Source of the DNA: Hemiscyllium ocellatum
Taxonomy: Eukaryota
Assembly (NCBI RefSeq): GCF_020745735.1
Contig: NC_083404.1
Coordinates: 26,846,001 to 26,910,000, forward strand
Direction: 5' to 3'
Length of the DNA: 64,000 bases
Below the pieces are notes generated by a model. The model was not told the DNA's origin, did not search any database, and worked only from the letters and a program-made list of their open reading frames with translations. A program made the position numbers and the translations under genes. How positions within the stretch are numbered: the first letter of the stretch is position 1; each line of letters begins with the position of its first letter. This document shows positions 12,597-26,437 of the stretch, piece after piece.

Positions 12597-13780
12597 GGTC
12601 ATAGAGATGTTCAGCATAGAAACAGACTTGTCCATGCCAACCAGATATCCCAAACTAATCTAGTCCCATTTGCCAGCACTTGGCCCATATCCCTGTAAAC
12701 CATTCCTGTTCATATACTCATCCAGATGCCTTTTTAAATGTTGCAATTGTACCAGCCTCCACCAATTCCTCTGGCAGCTCATTCCATATACGTGCCATCC
12801 TCTGCGGGAAAAATTCCCCTTAGGTGTCTTTTATATCTTTCCCCTCTCGCACTAAACCTACGTCCTCTAGCTCTGGGCTCACCAACCCCAGGGATAAGAC
12901 GTTGTCTATTTATCCTATCCATGCCACTCATGATTTTATAAACCTCTATGAGGTCACTCCTCAGCCTCAGATGCTCCAGGGAAAACAGCCCCAGCCTATT
13001 CAGCCTCTCCCTATAACTCAAATCTTCCAACCCTGGCAATATCCTTGTAAATCTTTTCTGAACCCTTTCAAGTTTCACAACATACTTCCGATAGGAAGGA
13101 GACTGGAACTGGACACAATATTCCAAACGTGGCCTAACCAATGTCCTGTACAGCCGCAACATGACCTCCCAACTCCTATACTCAATACACTGACCAATAA
13201 AGGAAAGCATACCAAACGCCTTCTTCACTATCCACTTTCAAGGAGCTTTAATCTGCACTCCAAGGTCTCTTTGTGCATCAACCCTCCCTAGGATCTTACC
13301 AATAAGTGTATAAGTCCTGCTAAGATTTGCTTTCCCCAAATGCAGCACCTCGCATTTATCTAAATTAAACTCCATCTGCCACTCCTCAGCCCATTGGCTC
13401 ATCTGATCTAGATCCCATTGTAATCGGAGGTAACCTTCTTTGCTGTCTGCTACACCTCCAATTTTGATGTCATCTGCAAACTTACTAACTATACTGACTA
13501 TGTTCACAAACATATCATGTATATAAAATGTCGAAAAGTAGTGGACCCTGCACTTGTGGCCCTCCGCTGGTCACAGCCCTCCAGTCTGAAAGACATCCAT
13601 CCACCACCAACCACTGTCTCTTACCTTCAAACCAGTTCTATATCCAAATGGCTAGTTCTCCCTGTATTCCTTGAGATCAAACCTTGCTAACCAGTCTCCC
13701 ATGGGGAACCTCGTCTTACTGAAGTCCACGCAGATCATGTCCACTGCTCTGCCTTTATCAATCCTTTTTGTCACTTCTTT
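12597..13780 (-). mobile_element. CR1/HER1-type LINE 3' part
   Basis: ORFs 12779-13228 and 13238-13513 (SKFADDIK, LVRPRLEYCVQF). Confidence 0.95.
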
Positions 13781-14465
13781 CTTCCAGAGGGGAAATCATA
13801 TTGGAAAAGGAAGCAATACTGCCAAGGAAAATAAAAAGGTTTTGGTAATTGGAAAGAAAACATAACTCATTTGAAAATTGCAAGTGAACTCAGCACTCTG
13901 GTTTTGTGGAAAGGGTTTTTTTTAGTCTGAATAGAATGCAGTTTGATGAAACTGCTCATATTCTTTGCCAATACAGTTCAGATTCTCTCCATTTTACAAT
14001 GCTTTCCACTTTCCCCTTCCTGCTTGATGCCACATTTAGTATTACTAATATTAAACACTGTGATGCAATATAAGGGCAAAAAAGAAATGCAAGTCAGCAC
14101 TGTGGTTGCTGATAGTACTGCAACAACCATTTTCTTCCATTAAACATTCCTGATTACCTAGCTGGTCAACAATTCCTCCAAAGGATCATGTTTATTAGGA
14201 GGTTTGTCAATCAAATAAGTGAGATTTTGTTTTGATCCTCAATTTATCGTTTATCTGCACCAGTCATTTGCTTTCATTTGCTATACAGCAACTCCAACTG
14301 GAAGCAGCAAATGAATGCACACAAGGCAACAGGGAATGCTCTCAAAGCAAAAGGTACAGAGGAATGTCTTTTAAACATAACATTGGCACAGGCAAAGGCT
14401 AACTATTTCTAATCCTCCAGGAGGATATTTGGAGATGGAAAGGCATGCAAATTCTACTGTCAGGT

Positions 14466-15092
14466 TCGCAGTGAAATTACCTAAAGCAAACTGTTATTAA
14501 GGAGCTTTGTTCCCATTTATGATGACATTTCCACATCTGCCATGTATGTTGCGGCTTTGCAGTACTGCTTGTGTAGACATCTATTAGAGGAAAGGTGAAT
14601 GATTGCTGTATTAAGTAGTCTAACTAGTTTCCTATGATTGATGAGTGGACAGATGTAGGTGCTGGGAATCCACCTCCAGAAAACATTCATGAGGGCACAT
14701 GTCACAGAGGCAAAAGTGATGACTACAGATGCAGATGTCAGAGACATGTGCCCCTCGTGAACTTTTCCTGGAGGTGGATTCCCAGCAGCTACATCTGTCC
14801 ACTCATTAACCATAGGAAACTAGTTAGTCTACTTAATAGAGCAGTTGATCAACTTTCCCCTAATAGGTGTTACACTAACAGTACTGCAAAGCCACAACAT
14901 ATGTAAACTTAATAATCTTTCCCACAAGAGATATTTGGAAATGATAACACACATTAAGATTAAAAATTCACTTCGTTCATAATATGAGGGTGGTGGTGGG
15001 GTAAGAGAAAGGTATGCAGATGTGAAAATGCCATCATAAATGGGGACAAACCTCCTTAATAACACAATTTGCTTCAGGTTACTTTCGCTGTG
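14466..15092. mobile_element. Large imperfect palindrome (fold-back / MITE-like non-autonomous element)
   Basis: 14548-14705 is the reverse complement of 14741-14903 around a ~35-nt loop. 14466-14545 pairs with 15013-15092. About 110 bp are unpaired at 14904-15012. Confidence 0.8.
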
Positions 15093-15924
15093 CTGCTTTC
15101 ACAATTTGCTTTCACTGTGACAACACTTTCATTTCTGGTAATTTGCCAACTATATATTGAGCAACTCCTAACAGCTTAAGCATTTTCTCTCCTGTATTTC
15201 AACCTGAGACAAGAATTAAAAAGAGCCACAATCAACTATGGTTTGAGCAAAGTGAAAGATGAGTTTGGGTATGGAAAGACACATTATTCATGACTTATTT
15301 AATAATTACTATCAGGACTTAGAACTTAAGTCTGTCTATCTACTTGGACTGATAAGGTTAAGTCTTTTGGGTACACTTCAACCATTTTTGGTCTCAGTCT
15401 CTCAACCAATGGACATAGGTCAGATTTTTTTCCCCCTTTTATAATTTATGTTAGAAGCTGCTAAATGATTCTCATTCTGCTAAAGCGTTACAAAACCTGA
15501 TCACCTCTCAAACTTGAAAGTCATCTTACTTTAAAATCCTAATCAATTTAATGGCTAATGCAATCTATTGAAATACTGAATTTCAGCTGTGGCATTTTTA
15601 AAAGTAAAGATCATCTGGAAAACGTAATCTGGCAGTGCAAAGAAACCACTGAAAATGTGACAATTATTTAGGTTCTCTCAACAAAATTTTGTTCTGTAAT
15701 GCTTGTACTCAATAGGATTAAACAGTTAAAATTATCTGTTGAATCAGCTCTTGCTTTTTTCGCCCCCCGCATGGTTCAGTCAGTCATGATGCTTTTCAAA
15801 GCAAAAATCTCTGTTCATAATCAAAAAAACCTTAGCAATAAAAGATTGACTGAGTGTTTTTATCTCAACATTACACCTATTTTACCTACAAACCATAGGA
15901 TAATATACTGATTTTCAAGAGAGT

Positions 15925-17050
15925 TGCAGTGATGATCCTTGATATCAAAGTAACAGATGAATCAGTAGCACTGTGAAGTCCTAGCAAAACTGCAGTGAAA
16001 GGGAATTAGAGGGGAATCTCTCTACTACCTAGCACAAAGGAAGATGGTTGTAGTTGTAGGGATCAATCATCCCAGTCCTCGATTATTACTGCGGGATTTC
16101 CTCAGTACAGCTTCCTTCGTCCAACTATCTTCAGCTGCTCCATCATCCACGATCACTCTATCAAGTCAGAAATTCTCCGATTATTGCACAATGTTCAGCC
16201 CCACGCCAGACTATGCAGATACTGAAGCAGTTAGAGTGACATGTAGCAAGACCAAGATAACAAAGCTGAAAATGTATTGCTGGAAATGCACAGGTCAGGC
16301 AGCATCCAAGGAACAGGGGAATCGACGTTTCGGGCATAAGCCCTTCTTCAGGAATGTGGCATAGTTAGTACTTGAATAGGAAATCGTCTGAGAATACCAC
16401 CTCTATTTGGGAGAATTCTTGTGGAGCAATGGTAGTGTCCCTAGCTGTGAACCAGTTCCCATTTCTGGGTTCTCTGAAAACTTTAATATAGAAAATATCT
16501 AGAGGTATGGCACATGTGTGCCACACAAGTGCCAGATAATGATCATCTCCAACAAGAGAATCTAAATGTCACTCCTTGACTTTTAATGACAGTACCATTA
16601 GTGAATCTTCACTATTACTATCAGAGTATAAACAATGATGAGAAACTGAACTGGACCAAACATATAAGTACTATGGCTACAATAGTCAGTTAGAGGCTAA
16701 GAATTCTGATGCAAGTAACTTATCTTATGTCTCCCAAATGTCTGTCAATCATCTACAAAGCATAAGTCAGGAGAGTGAAGAGATGCTCTTCATTTGCCTA
16801 GATGGGTGCAGCTCCAATAATATTCCAGAAACCTACACCATTCAGGACAAAGCAGCCTGCTTGACTGGCACCACTTCCAGTTTACACTCTTCACAACCAA
16901 TACACAGTCACAGCAGTGTGACACTTACAGGAAGAACGACAGTTACTCACCCAAGTTCCTTCACCAGTGTCTTCCAAACATGTGACCTCTACCAACTGGC
17001 AGGATAAGAGCAGCAGATGCATAGAAAATCATCACCTGCAAGTTCCTCTG
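15925..17050 (+). mobile_element. Old CR1/L2-clade LINE RT fragment, with nested PLE end and SINE
   Basis: Decayed RT-like segment (aaggaagatggttgtagttg...gatttcctcag...ccaactatcttcagctgc). Related to the minus-strand copy at 35400-36190. Confidence 0.6.
16259..16355 (-). mobile_element. Short PLE 3' end (family A) with hammerhead at 16320-16355
   Basis: Minus strand reads attc-CTGAAGA-A-GGGC ttat GCCC-GAAAC-GTC^gatt, followed by the family A body. Confidence 0.8.
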
Positions 17051-17739
17051 ATGGACAGGAATTTTAAATAGGAGTCTAAGTCCTGTGTTCAGTAGCACAA
17101 ATCGATCTTTATCGGAACTCTTTACATGCAGTGAGATTCCTAGGAGACTCTACCTTTCCCAATAAAAGTATATTTATACATTCTGCATGAGTGATTACCA
17201 CACATGCCATCTCGCCCTTCCCCAAGCATTTGCCAGCTGCATCATACTGAGTGGATGTTGTTTGTCACTTTGTGAAGCTGCGATTATTTTCTTGAAGTCA
17301 TAATGACTAAGTAATGCGTTGCTATTGTTCCCTTTTAATATTGTTTGCTGGTATCCTTTCACAAGGTTCTGTTTATATGCCAACCATTCCCTTGGTGTTT
17401 ATGCCATTTGTCCTTCAATTCACCCCCGCTGATAGTTATAGAGAGAAACCCCCATCCTATTTATCAAAAAGAATTCAGCTGAATTCCTTAATGTTAATTA
17501 TCTTAGTCATAATTTCAATATAACTACATGTATAATATGTAATGGCAATTACTTTAAAAGCCTTGGATTGTGATAAAATCAGACTTTCCCTTCTACAAAT
17601 TCTCTTTCCCACTAAGATTTCTATGGTGCATCTCATTATTTTATCTGGTTGCCATGAGCACAAAGGCCATGATCCTGATTGTGCTCACTGCTGCCTTAAC
17701 TAACAATTCCCTTCAGCCATCAGCAACTCCAACACCCTT

Positions 17740-17960
17740 CCAAGCCACACAACCATCTGACCAGGAACTGCATCACTATTCCTTTACTGTTACTGGGTCA
17801 CAATCCTAGAACTTCTTATGTAACAGCACCATGTGTCCCCCAAAGACTGCAGCAATTTAAGGCAGTTCACCACACCTCCTCAAAGGTGCGCAATCAGAGG
17901 TGGGCAATAAATGCTGGCCTAACCAGTAATGCCCACATTCCACAAATGAATGATAATAAG
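17740..17960 (+). mobile_element. 3' tail of an old LINE/SINE family
   Basis: gggcaataaatgctggcctaaccagtaatgcccacattcc tail. Similar tails at about 19010-19040, 33005-33050 and 56920-56960. Confidence 0.55.
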
Positions 17961-19707
17961 GAATCTCTCATTTGCAACCCCAAGATCTGCCATATTTTGC
18001 ATAAAGATAGAGATTGCAAGCAACTTTCACTCATATTGCTGAGCAAGAAGAAATATAGATTCCCAGTATTTGAGTCAAAATAAATGACAAAATCCATTTC
18101 CTGTCAAGTCATAAAACAAAATGTCTTGGTCTTAAAAATATTTTAAATTGGATTGAATTTTTCATTATCTGTGATATCTACCAAGACATATAATGTACGA
18201 TTTATGTACCGAGAAATCAAACAGCATATTCTGAGATATACAATCAGTCAATGAAATTAATATTTTCAATAATCTCATTTCCATAATCTCAGAGGCACAC
18301 GTAGAAATGAGATGACCAAATCTGAGAAATTAGCAAAAACTTTACAAAATTAGGGGTCTGGAGTAGGTGCAGTCTGAACACAGCATATTCGTATTTTCTT
18401 CATCAACTTTGCAAACAAGTACTTAAGGTATCAAAGCATGTTTAGTAGATGCTCAGATTTACTGGCAAACTTGATGTCCATATTATTTTCTTAAATTACA
18501 ATGATTTATACAATGCCAGTCAGCTATATTTTATCCAAGTTACCAGAATTCATTAGAAAATCAGTTTGGACAACATGTCACAAATTTTTCACGGTATTGA
18601 GAAACATTTGGCGTAGCTCAACTTACAACATGACATTGTTTCTGTGAAGTTTTTTGTCTTCATTTTAAGCCAGAAATTGGATGGTTGCTCTTTGTAGTTT
18701 ACAGCTCAGTAAATGAAAAAGTACAAATAATTTTTTTTCAAAGTACTGGTGCATATTTCAGTTCATTAAGATAATTTTAAGTTATTATTTCAATCCTATG
18801 TTCAAACTTTAGTCTAGTTGCTCAACAATCTCCACTGGGAAAGAACAACAGTAGCAAGTTCTAGTCTACGTCACATATCATCTTGGCCTGAAACAAAATC
18901 ACCATGACTTCACTATCAAAATCCTAGAACACACTTCCTAACACAGTGGGTATCCCTACACTGCATGGATACTGCAGCTTAATTGTTCACTTCCCCCTTC
19001 ACAGGGACAATTAAGGATGGGCGACAATGCCCACATCCTGTAAAAGGATTTTTAAGCGCCTCATTTTGGTAACCATTAAAATTGATGTGATTAAAGCAAG
19101 CATATATTTGTAAAGGATTCCAGTATTTACAATCAAAGTGAAGGAGCATTTTAAATTTTTATTTAAAAAGTACAAACCTGTAGATAAAGCCTTTGGCAGG
19201 GTGAATAGCAAATTCATCCAGTTAACATAAATTTTTAAAAATGTTCTTGCTTTGTGGGTACTGTATTCTGTCCAATAATACAACAATACAAACTGAAATA
19301 AAATACTTATTGCTAGGAGGCAATATATGATCTTTACATCCTTATATCTGACTTGTTAACCACAGAATCAATGTCTAAAAATTGTCATTTCTTACAAGAG
19401 CTGGTCAATGGGCTTGAGTTGTATTTGTGGACAAAGTATTAAATAACGGGACAAATACCGTACTAAACTAAAATCGGCTAGATTTTTAAATTAGAAATGT
19501 TGGCGAAGATAAAAAGAACAGTTTAAAGAACAATTTTTAAAATAATCAATAGTTATCGTTTACTCCAACAGCCCAATTTTCCCTCCAGTGCAACTAGAGG
19601 TGAAGAAATGCTTTAATGTTGCACACACATGGCAACTGAACCTTTTAGAAAATACTTAAAACGTTGCAATTTAGTTTACTGATAAGGTCTGTATGGTAGA
19701 TTTTTAA

Positions 19708-19885
19708 ATAAAAACTGAAAGAACTGCAGATGCTGTAAATCAGAAACAAAAAGGAAACTGCTGGAAAACATCTGGCAGCTCCTGTGGAGAGAAAACAGAA
19801 TTAATGTTTCGGGTCAAGTGGCCGTTCCTCAGAAAAATGTTGCCAGGCCTGCTGAGCTTTTCCAGCAATTTGTATTTTTGTTTGT
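19708..19885 (-). mobile_element. Palindromic PLE-end element (family C) with decayed hammerhead at 19801-19834
   Basis: Minus strand tt-CTGAGGA-A-cggcc actt gaccc-GAAAC-att-aa. Left gaaactgctggaaaa is inverted relative to right ttttccagcaattt. Confidence 0.65.
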
Positions 19886-20989
19886 AGTACTTTTATTAAA
19901 ACTCAAAAATATGAATCATATAACAGTTTGAAAAAAAAGGCACATATCTTCGCTTTGCAGTACTGCAACATGCTGCATGCATAAAAGCCCAAGAGCACAC
20001 CATAAAGTTAAAATGAATCATGCCTTATAAAACAAAAAGGTAATCAATTATCCCACAATTTTGATTGGGAGATAAAAGAATTTGTTTTCATTTATATTTC
20101 AATCAAATTCTTTTTCTTATTCACTGATTAACTGTGCAGTAGTGGATATAAAAAAATACTGGCACTTAATTAAAATGATTTATGTTTATGCTTTTAGTAA
20201 TTATGAAAGTTCTGATTAAACAAATTTCTCAATGCAGCCAAAGAAGCCATTCAAACTACAGTTCACCTGTTGTCCTGGAGTTCTTCATTTTCATGCAAAT
20301 AAGCTTAGAAGAATAAAAATTGCTGGACCTATTTGTTAATCATATCCCACACAATTCAACACCATACTTTATTAAGAATGATATTACATTTATATTACAT
20401 ATAAAGAATGACCAGAAATAACGTTTCCAGAGCAAAAGGTACAAGGTTGGTACAGCACACCATCAACAATGAACAAATGATCCAGTGACCGAGTTGCCAT
20501 AGCAGGTATGAAAGATGAGATGGAACCCTGTGAAGGCTTTCATTTTACCTCTTTTGCTTTATATTGGACACATAGTTCCACTACTAGCAGAAGCAGAAAA
20601 CATAAGCAAAGGGGTAAAGGTCAAGGAAAATTGTTGAAAAGTAGTCTGAATAAACAATGCAGGCAGATGCTTTTAACAGCATTTTAAAACCATAGCAAAA
20701 ACAAAAAAAAAGAAACTTTTCACATCTGGTGAAATGATAAATTATCTGGCAAATTACCATAACATTTTTCCTCAACTAAAATGACAGACAATTAATAAGA
20801 TTGAATTACTGAACAAAAAGTTTTGTCACCAACATTAACTGAAAATGTTTTTGCACAAGATCTATTTCTAAAAGTGCAATTGCTCCCAAGGAAAATTAGC
20901 TTCATCAAGGGAAACCAGCCCTTGAAATATTAATTCATTCATTCTCCATTAACATTTTTTAATTTTAAGACTTGTTCTATAACTCTTGT

Positions 20990-21290
20990 TTTCAATTGGT
21001 TAGCCAATCCTCCATCCATGTTAACATACTACCTCCCATACCATGGGCTCGTTCTGTCTTATTAAGCCATGGATGTGGTACCTTATGAAATGGCTTCTCT
21101 AAGTCCAAATGCATTCCATCCACAGCTTCCCCTTTACCTATCCTGGTTGCTACCCCCTCAATGAATTCTAGTAAATTGGTCAGGCATGATTCATGGTCAT
21201 GAAACAATGCTGTTGCTGCTGGATAATATTATGCATTTCTAAATGATCTTTAATTCACACATTCTAATAGGTTTAACATTTTTCAAAGGA
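20990..21290 (-). mobile_element. Degenerate CR1 RT fragment
   Basis: SCLTNLLEFIEGV...AVDGMHLDLEKPFHKVPH. Confidence 0.8.
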
Positions 21291-22029
21291 CAGTATCAAG
21301 AGAGAAATTAATCAACGCAGGAATAAGTTGAGGCGAGTGAAGGTGCATGGTGTTAGATGGGGAAAAGTAAAGCTACTGCTTAAGAAAGTGCTTTGCCAAA
21401 ATGGACCTCTAACCAAAGAAAGTTCAAATACAAAAGCCTGTAAAAAGTCTGCGAGCAATTGTAATAAATAGAGGACACCGAATCTGGCTGCAAAATCCTG
21501 TCCTTCAAGCTCCCAAGGGTTCAACATGTATGTAGAGGTCCATAGTCAAACATGAGATCAACATGGAAGGAACTTAAGGATTGAATCTGTCTCTAAATTG
21601 TTTTATAATCCATGATTATTCCTTTTAGAAGGTTAATGGCAATTGTATTTATTGATTTGTCATAATAAATTGAATGGGCACTTGAAGGAAATAAACCTGC
21701 AGGGTTATGAGGATAGAATGGGTGAATGGAACTGACAGGGTTATTCAAAAGACAGGTTCAATAAGTTGAATGATTTCCATCTGTCCCATAATGACACAAT
21801 AATAAGTCTTCCAATTTAGTGAAGTGTATCTATCATAATATTTAAAAAGAATGCTTTTAAAGAAAGATTATTTTTAAATCACACTAAGCAATCATTAGAA
21901 CTACTGTAACATGACTTCTACCCCCAGATATTCTACTCCTGAGATATAAAAGCCAATTTTACATTAGCTAATTTGATTATCATCTGTATCTGATGACATT
22001 TTATGATCAATGTACCTAATGTTCAGGTT

Positions 22030-22930
22030 TCCTTGAATCTCTGCTGTTTCTAGCTTTCCAACTTTTACAAATAACAATTTTTGTTAGCTTCAAAGTGATG
22101 ACCTTCTTCATTTTGCATTGAAATCCATTTACCACAGTTGTGTCCATTCACATAGTATCATCTCTTTGCAATTTCATGCTTTCATGTGTATTGCTTACTA
22201 TGCCACCTATCTGTATGCTTAAGTGATATTTGGATCTATGGTGTTCTCTCTTATCATCTATTCATAAATATAGAGAATAACCGACAGCCCCAACACAAAT
22301 CCTTGTTTGACACAATGCATTCTGCCAATTAGGTTGTCTACCCATTATCTCTAGACTTGTCAACAACCATGACTTTTGTCTGATTGAACTTTAGCTATGA
22401 TGTGGAGGTGCCAGTGTTGAACTGGGGTGAACAAAGTCAGAAGTCAGGTGACACTAGATTCACTTCCCCTGACGAAGGTGCGACACTCCAAAAACTTGTG
22501 ATTTCAAATAAACGTGTTGGACTGTAACTTGGTGTTATCTGACTTGTGACCTTGTCAACTTTAGCTAACAATCTCTTATGCAGACTTTGGTAAGCTCCTT
22601 CCAGAGATTCATATGAACTTTCATAGCATTCCTCTGTCCATCACTTTAGTCGCAGCTTTTCCATCTACTCAATTCAAAGTCAAGATGCTGACTTCCATCA
22701 AATCTGCTCTTAATTTTTTTTTCTACAAGGATAAGTGTCCCATCAGACTAACTGGTCTCTAATTCTCCAGTTTTCCTAACTTACATTCCTGAAAGCAACA
22801 TGCACGAATTTTCAATTTAAACAAATTGGATTCCAATCAAGAACATTGAAAGACTATAGTTTTGATATCTGCATTATTCTTGCCAACCAATTTTAAAACT
22901 CTGGGATGAAATACTACTGGTCCTGGGGAT
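22030..22930 (-). mobile_element. Highly decayed CR1 fragment with nested PLE end
   Basis: Residual CR1 wording (gactaactggtctctaattc, ctggtcctggggatt, cagccccaacacaaatccttg). Confidence 0.5.
22398..22556. mobile_element. Inverted-repeat PLE end (family B variant) with decayed hammerhead
   Basis: 11-bp TSD aactttagcta at 22387-22397 and 22557-22567. CTGACGA-A-ggtgcgacactcc-aaaa-acttgtg at 22469-22500. Confidence 0.7.
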
Positions 22931-24369
22931 TACCTGACAGTACATCATTGTTTTGTTCATTACTATTTATTTTTGCACAAACCTCTTGCTCCCAGAAAAA
23001 GTGTACAGCACTCCTCTTAGCCTACAAGATGAAAGGGAGGTGACACCAATAGCAAAATGGGGAGGGAGGCTCCCAAAAGAGACTATATTCAAACAGGTCA
23101 ATCACTGGTCACTGACATATAACAGCAATGACAGTGCTAGAAAGAAGATACTGCCATCCTGAGGAGGAACAACAGCCTCATACTCCATGTTGCCACTCAC
23201 TCAGCCTTGACTCTAGATCCATAAGGTGTGTTAGGTGCAGATTTTGCTGGGACATTCTGTAAAGTCCTTTGAATATTAAACACTCAAAGCCAAATTAACA
23301 GCAATGTGAGCTTGTCTGGCATCAAGCTGAGATTCCATCACTAAATCTGCGATTCCACTGTAAACACAAATACTGAAAAATGCCTGCTTGTGTTTTAATA
23401 GAAGATAACAGATCAGCCATCAAACACTGCATATGGTTGGCCACCATTTCCAAAGAGATAACAGCTTCAAACCTCAGGTAAAAGCCCTCCAAAAGAAAAA
23501 CAGATGTTTCCATGCCAGGTATAGAAGATTATCTTCTGACTTTTCATATGTCCCAACCCTTATTGCCTATATATTTTATTCAGACATTCCCTGATTTGGC
23601 ACCTACATTGTTAAATCTATCTTTCACTGAACTGCAATAGTCTTGTAGGTAGAAATAAAACTTACACTATCAGTGTACTATCAGTTCACTATCAGTGTAC
23701 ACGAACAGGATATGTACAGATTTAAACATTTTTGAATCTTAATTAAAGGATCAATGTAAAATCAGAACATAGTACAGAACAGTTTCAACAACAAGACTAG
23801 ACTTTAAAAGTTGCTTTCATTCACTAACTCTGACATGGCCAGTACTAATTTGGAGGAAACTGAGAAATTCAACAAGTTTGCGAGCAGCCATTTTCTTTTA
23901 AACTCAAAAGGATTTACATTGTACATTGAGACAGCACTACCAGAGTCAAACTGTTTTACTGTAATGATACAAGCTATGCTAGAGCAGAAGATTGCTATAT
24001 TCATGCTGCAAATTTGCCACCTTCTTGCTGTTGGCAACAAATATTTTCACTTGGAGGCAAATGTTTCCCTGCCACATGCAATGTAAAAATGATTTAAGTT
24101 GAACCTTTCAGTGAATCTATTAGTGAAGGAGGTCCTTCTGTTTTAGCAGAAGAAACCAAAAGCTATGTGCTATTCTCAACATTAGTTGAATTATCAGCCA
24201 AAGAATTTTCAATACTTTGCTAGTAATTCTGAATATGGTTAAAAATCTCAAAAATGAAAAATAAATTTCTAAAAAAATTAAATTGCTTTGTCTGATCATA
24301 CAACATATGGTTAGTCACAAACCACATTTAAAACATTGATCCACGTAATACAGCTCTCACCACTTAAAG

Positions 24370-25140
24370 CACTGATGTTTAAAATAGACAGCTAAGTACT
24401 AAAGTAGGGAGGTTTTGCTAAAACTGTACAAGACGTTAGACAAATCATAGTTGGAATTCTGTTAATAGTTTTGTGTTCCTCGAAGTAAAAATTCATTAGG
24501 TCAACTCCTGGATGAAAGCAGTCCAGGTGTAGAAGGTGGTGAAGATGCGACTTATCTAGAATGGCATACAAGTTAGACTTTTATTCATTAGAGCTTAGAA
24601 GAATAAGGGGTGAACTTATTGAAGAATAAAGGATTCTGAGAAGGCTTAACAGAGTAAATGCTGCAAAAATGTTTCTATTTGCAGGAAAATCTCACATTTG
24701 GGGACAAACTCACAGGGTCTCTTAAAACTGAGATTTTCTTCTCCAAAGGAATTTATCCTCCAGGTTAGTGAATTCCTGGAATTCTCCATCCCAGGGCAAC
24801 ATTCCATTTAATTTTCTTACTGGCTGCGCAGACCTCTGAGGCATGTGCATGGCATTGACTTCAGGAATTTAAAGTTTATGCTGTGATCGGCATCAGAAAC
24901 ATTGGAACGGCTGCATACGTGCAGTTTCAAGGGAATGTTGCCCCTGGTTTATGGAGGTTAGATCACAAAGTATATAAAGAAATAGCAGACAGATTTTTGA
25001 AATCGGGAGTTGAGAGCTATGATAAACAGACACAATAGAAGGTTTTGGCCTAGGGCAGACCAGCCCATCTTATCAAATGACAGTCAGGCTTGAGGGGTCA
25101 AATAGTCTACTTTTAGTCATAAATAGCATAAATCTTATGC
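24370..25140 (+). mobile_element. Decayed CR1 3' fragment with nested MITE
   Basis: gagcttagaagaataaggggtgaacttattgaa and gtgaattcctggaattctc match CR1 3' region wording. Confidence 0.7.
24797..24940. mobile_element. Small hAT-like MITE (~144 bp)
   Basis: Terminal inverted repeat caacattcc / ggaatgttg. Interrupts CR1 sequence. Possible decayed 8-bp TSD tcccaggg / cccctggt. Confidence 0.5.
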
Positions 25141-25154
25141 TATTTATGACTAAA
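25112..25154. repeat. Perfect 20-bp inverted repeat with a 3-nt loop
   Basis: tttagtcataaatagcataa-atc-ttatgctatttatgactaaa. Confidence 0.95.
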
Positions 25155-25861
25155 TTGAACAAAATACAAGATTCACATGAAGATATTGCTTAGGATTTGT
25201 TTTTATGATCATTCTTGAAATTGAAAAACAGTGATCATTAAATTCATTAGTCAGATAAACTGATGCCTTTATATTGCTTTACACAGGAGAAAAAGTTCTG
25301 GGCACTCAAAATTCCTTGCCAGATAGACCTCCGGTTTTGCAGCTGTACAATAACTTTTCTTTCCAATATGGCTATGAAGCAAATAACGATACTATGTAAT
25401 GAATACCTTTCATGATGGGACTGTTAATGATAGATTATTATACCAGTATAATGGTAAGTGGCGGCTAGTTTCGAGCAGAAATACCAATGTAGTCCTATTG
25501 GACTGATTAGCATGTTTTTGTGCTAAACACACTGACACTCCAGGAACATAAACAACAGCTGACATTTCCACGCGGTATTGAAAAAGAGTTATGCAGAAGT
25601 GCCATTCTTCACTCAAAGCTTTAAACCAAGACCATATTTGCTCTCTTTTGTGAACCGAAGATCCCATGACACAACTTAAAGAGAAGACTTCTCTCTGGTA
25701 TCATGCTCAATATTTATCCCTTCCATCAACATTAAAACATATGATCTGATCATTTAGGGCTATGGGGAAATGGCATGAAAGAGGAGTTGAAGCCAGTGGC
25801 AGATCAACCAAGATCTTACTGAATGGCAGGGCAAGCTTGGGGGTCCAATGGCCTATGCCTG

Positions 25862-26160
25862 ATTAGATTAGATTAGATTACTTACAGTGTGGAAACAGGC
25901 CCTTCGGCCCAACAAGTCCACACCGACCCGCCGAAGCGCAACCCACCCATACCCCTACCCCTACATTTACCCCCTACCTAACACTACGGGCAATTTAGCA
26001 TGGCCAATTCACCTGACCCGCACATCTTTGGACTGTGGGAGGAAACCGGAGCACCCGGAGGAAACCCACGCAGACACGGGGAGAACGTGCAAACTCCACA
26101 CAGTCAGTCGCCTGAGGCGGGAAATGAACCCAGGTCTCTGGCGCTGTGAGGCAGCAGTGC
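25862..26160 (-). mobile_element. HE1-type tRNA-derived SINE (young copy)
   Basis: CpG-rich body with the CR1-like tail gggccgaagggcctgtttccacactgt and a (taatc)n end. Copies at 26438, 39335, 40567, 42180 and 43283. Confidence 0.9.
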
Positions 26161-26437
26161 CTGATTCTATTTCCCGTGTTACAATTGCAGTTCGTGGAAC
26201 ACATTTGTATGAAAATTGGCTGCTGCTTTTCCTGCATTATAACAGGACTTAAGTACTTCCAAAATGCTCGCTGTTGAGTTGTTATTGTATAAATTCAAGT
26301 CAATATCTCTTAGATGATGTAATGGAGTATATAAAGTACACAAAGTGACTTTATAAAATAGATACATATCTATCATAGTATGTGGCAGACTGTAATTTCG
26401 ATATGGAACACACGGCTGCCTACAAAGACAACAAACA

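Noticed and set aside
20493-20506. RFX X-box-like motif gttgccatagcagg
   Set aside because: A single imperfect motif with no supporting context.
23667-23700. Three copies of actatcagt
   Set aside because: Ordinary short slippage duplication, not a CRISPR-like array, and the context is eukaryotic.
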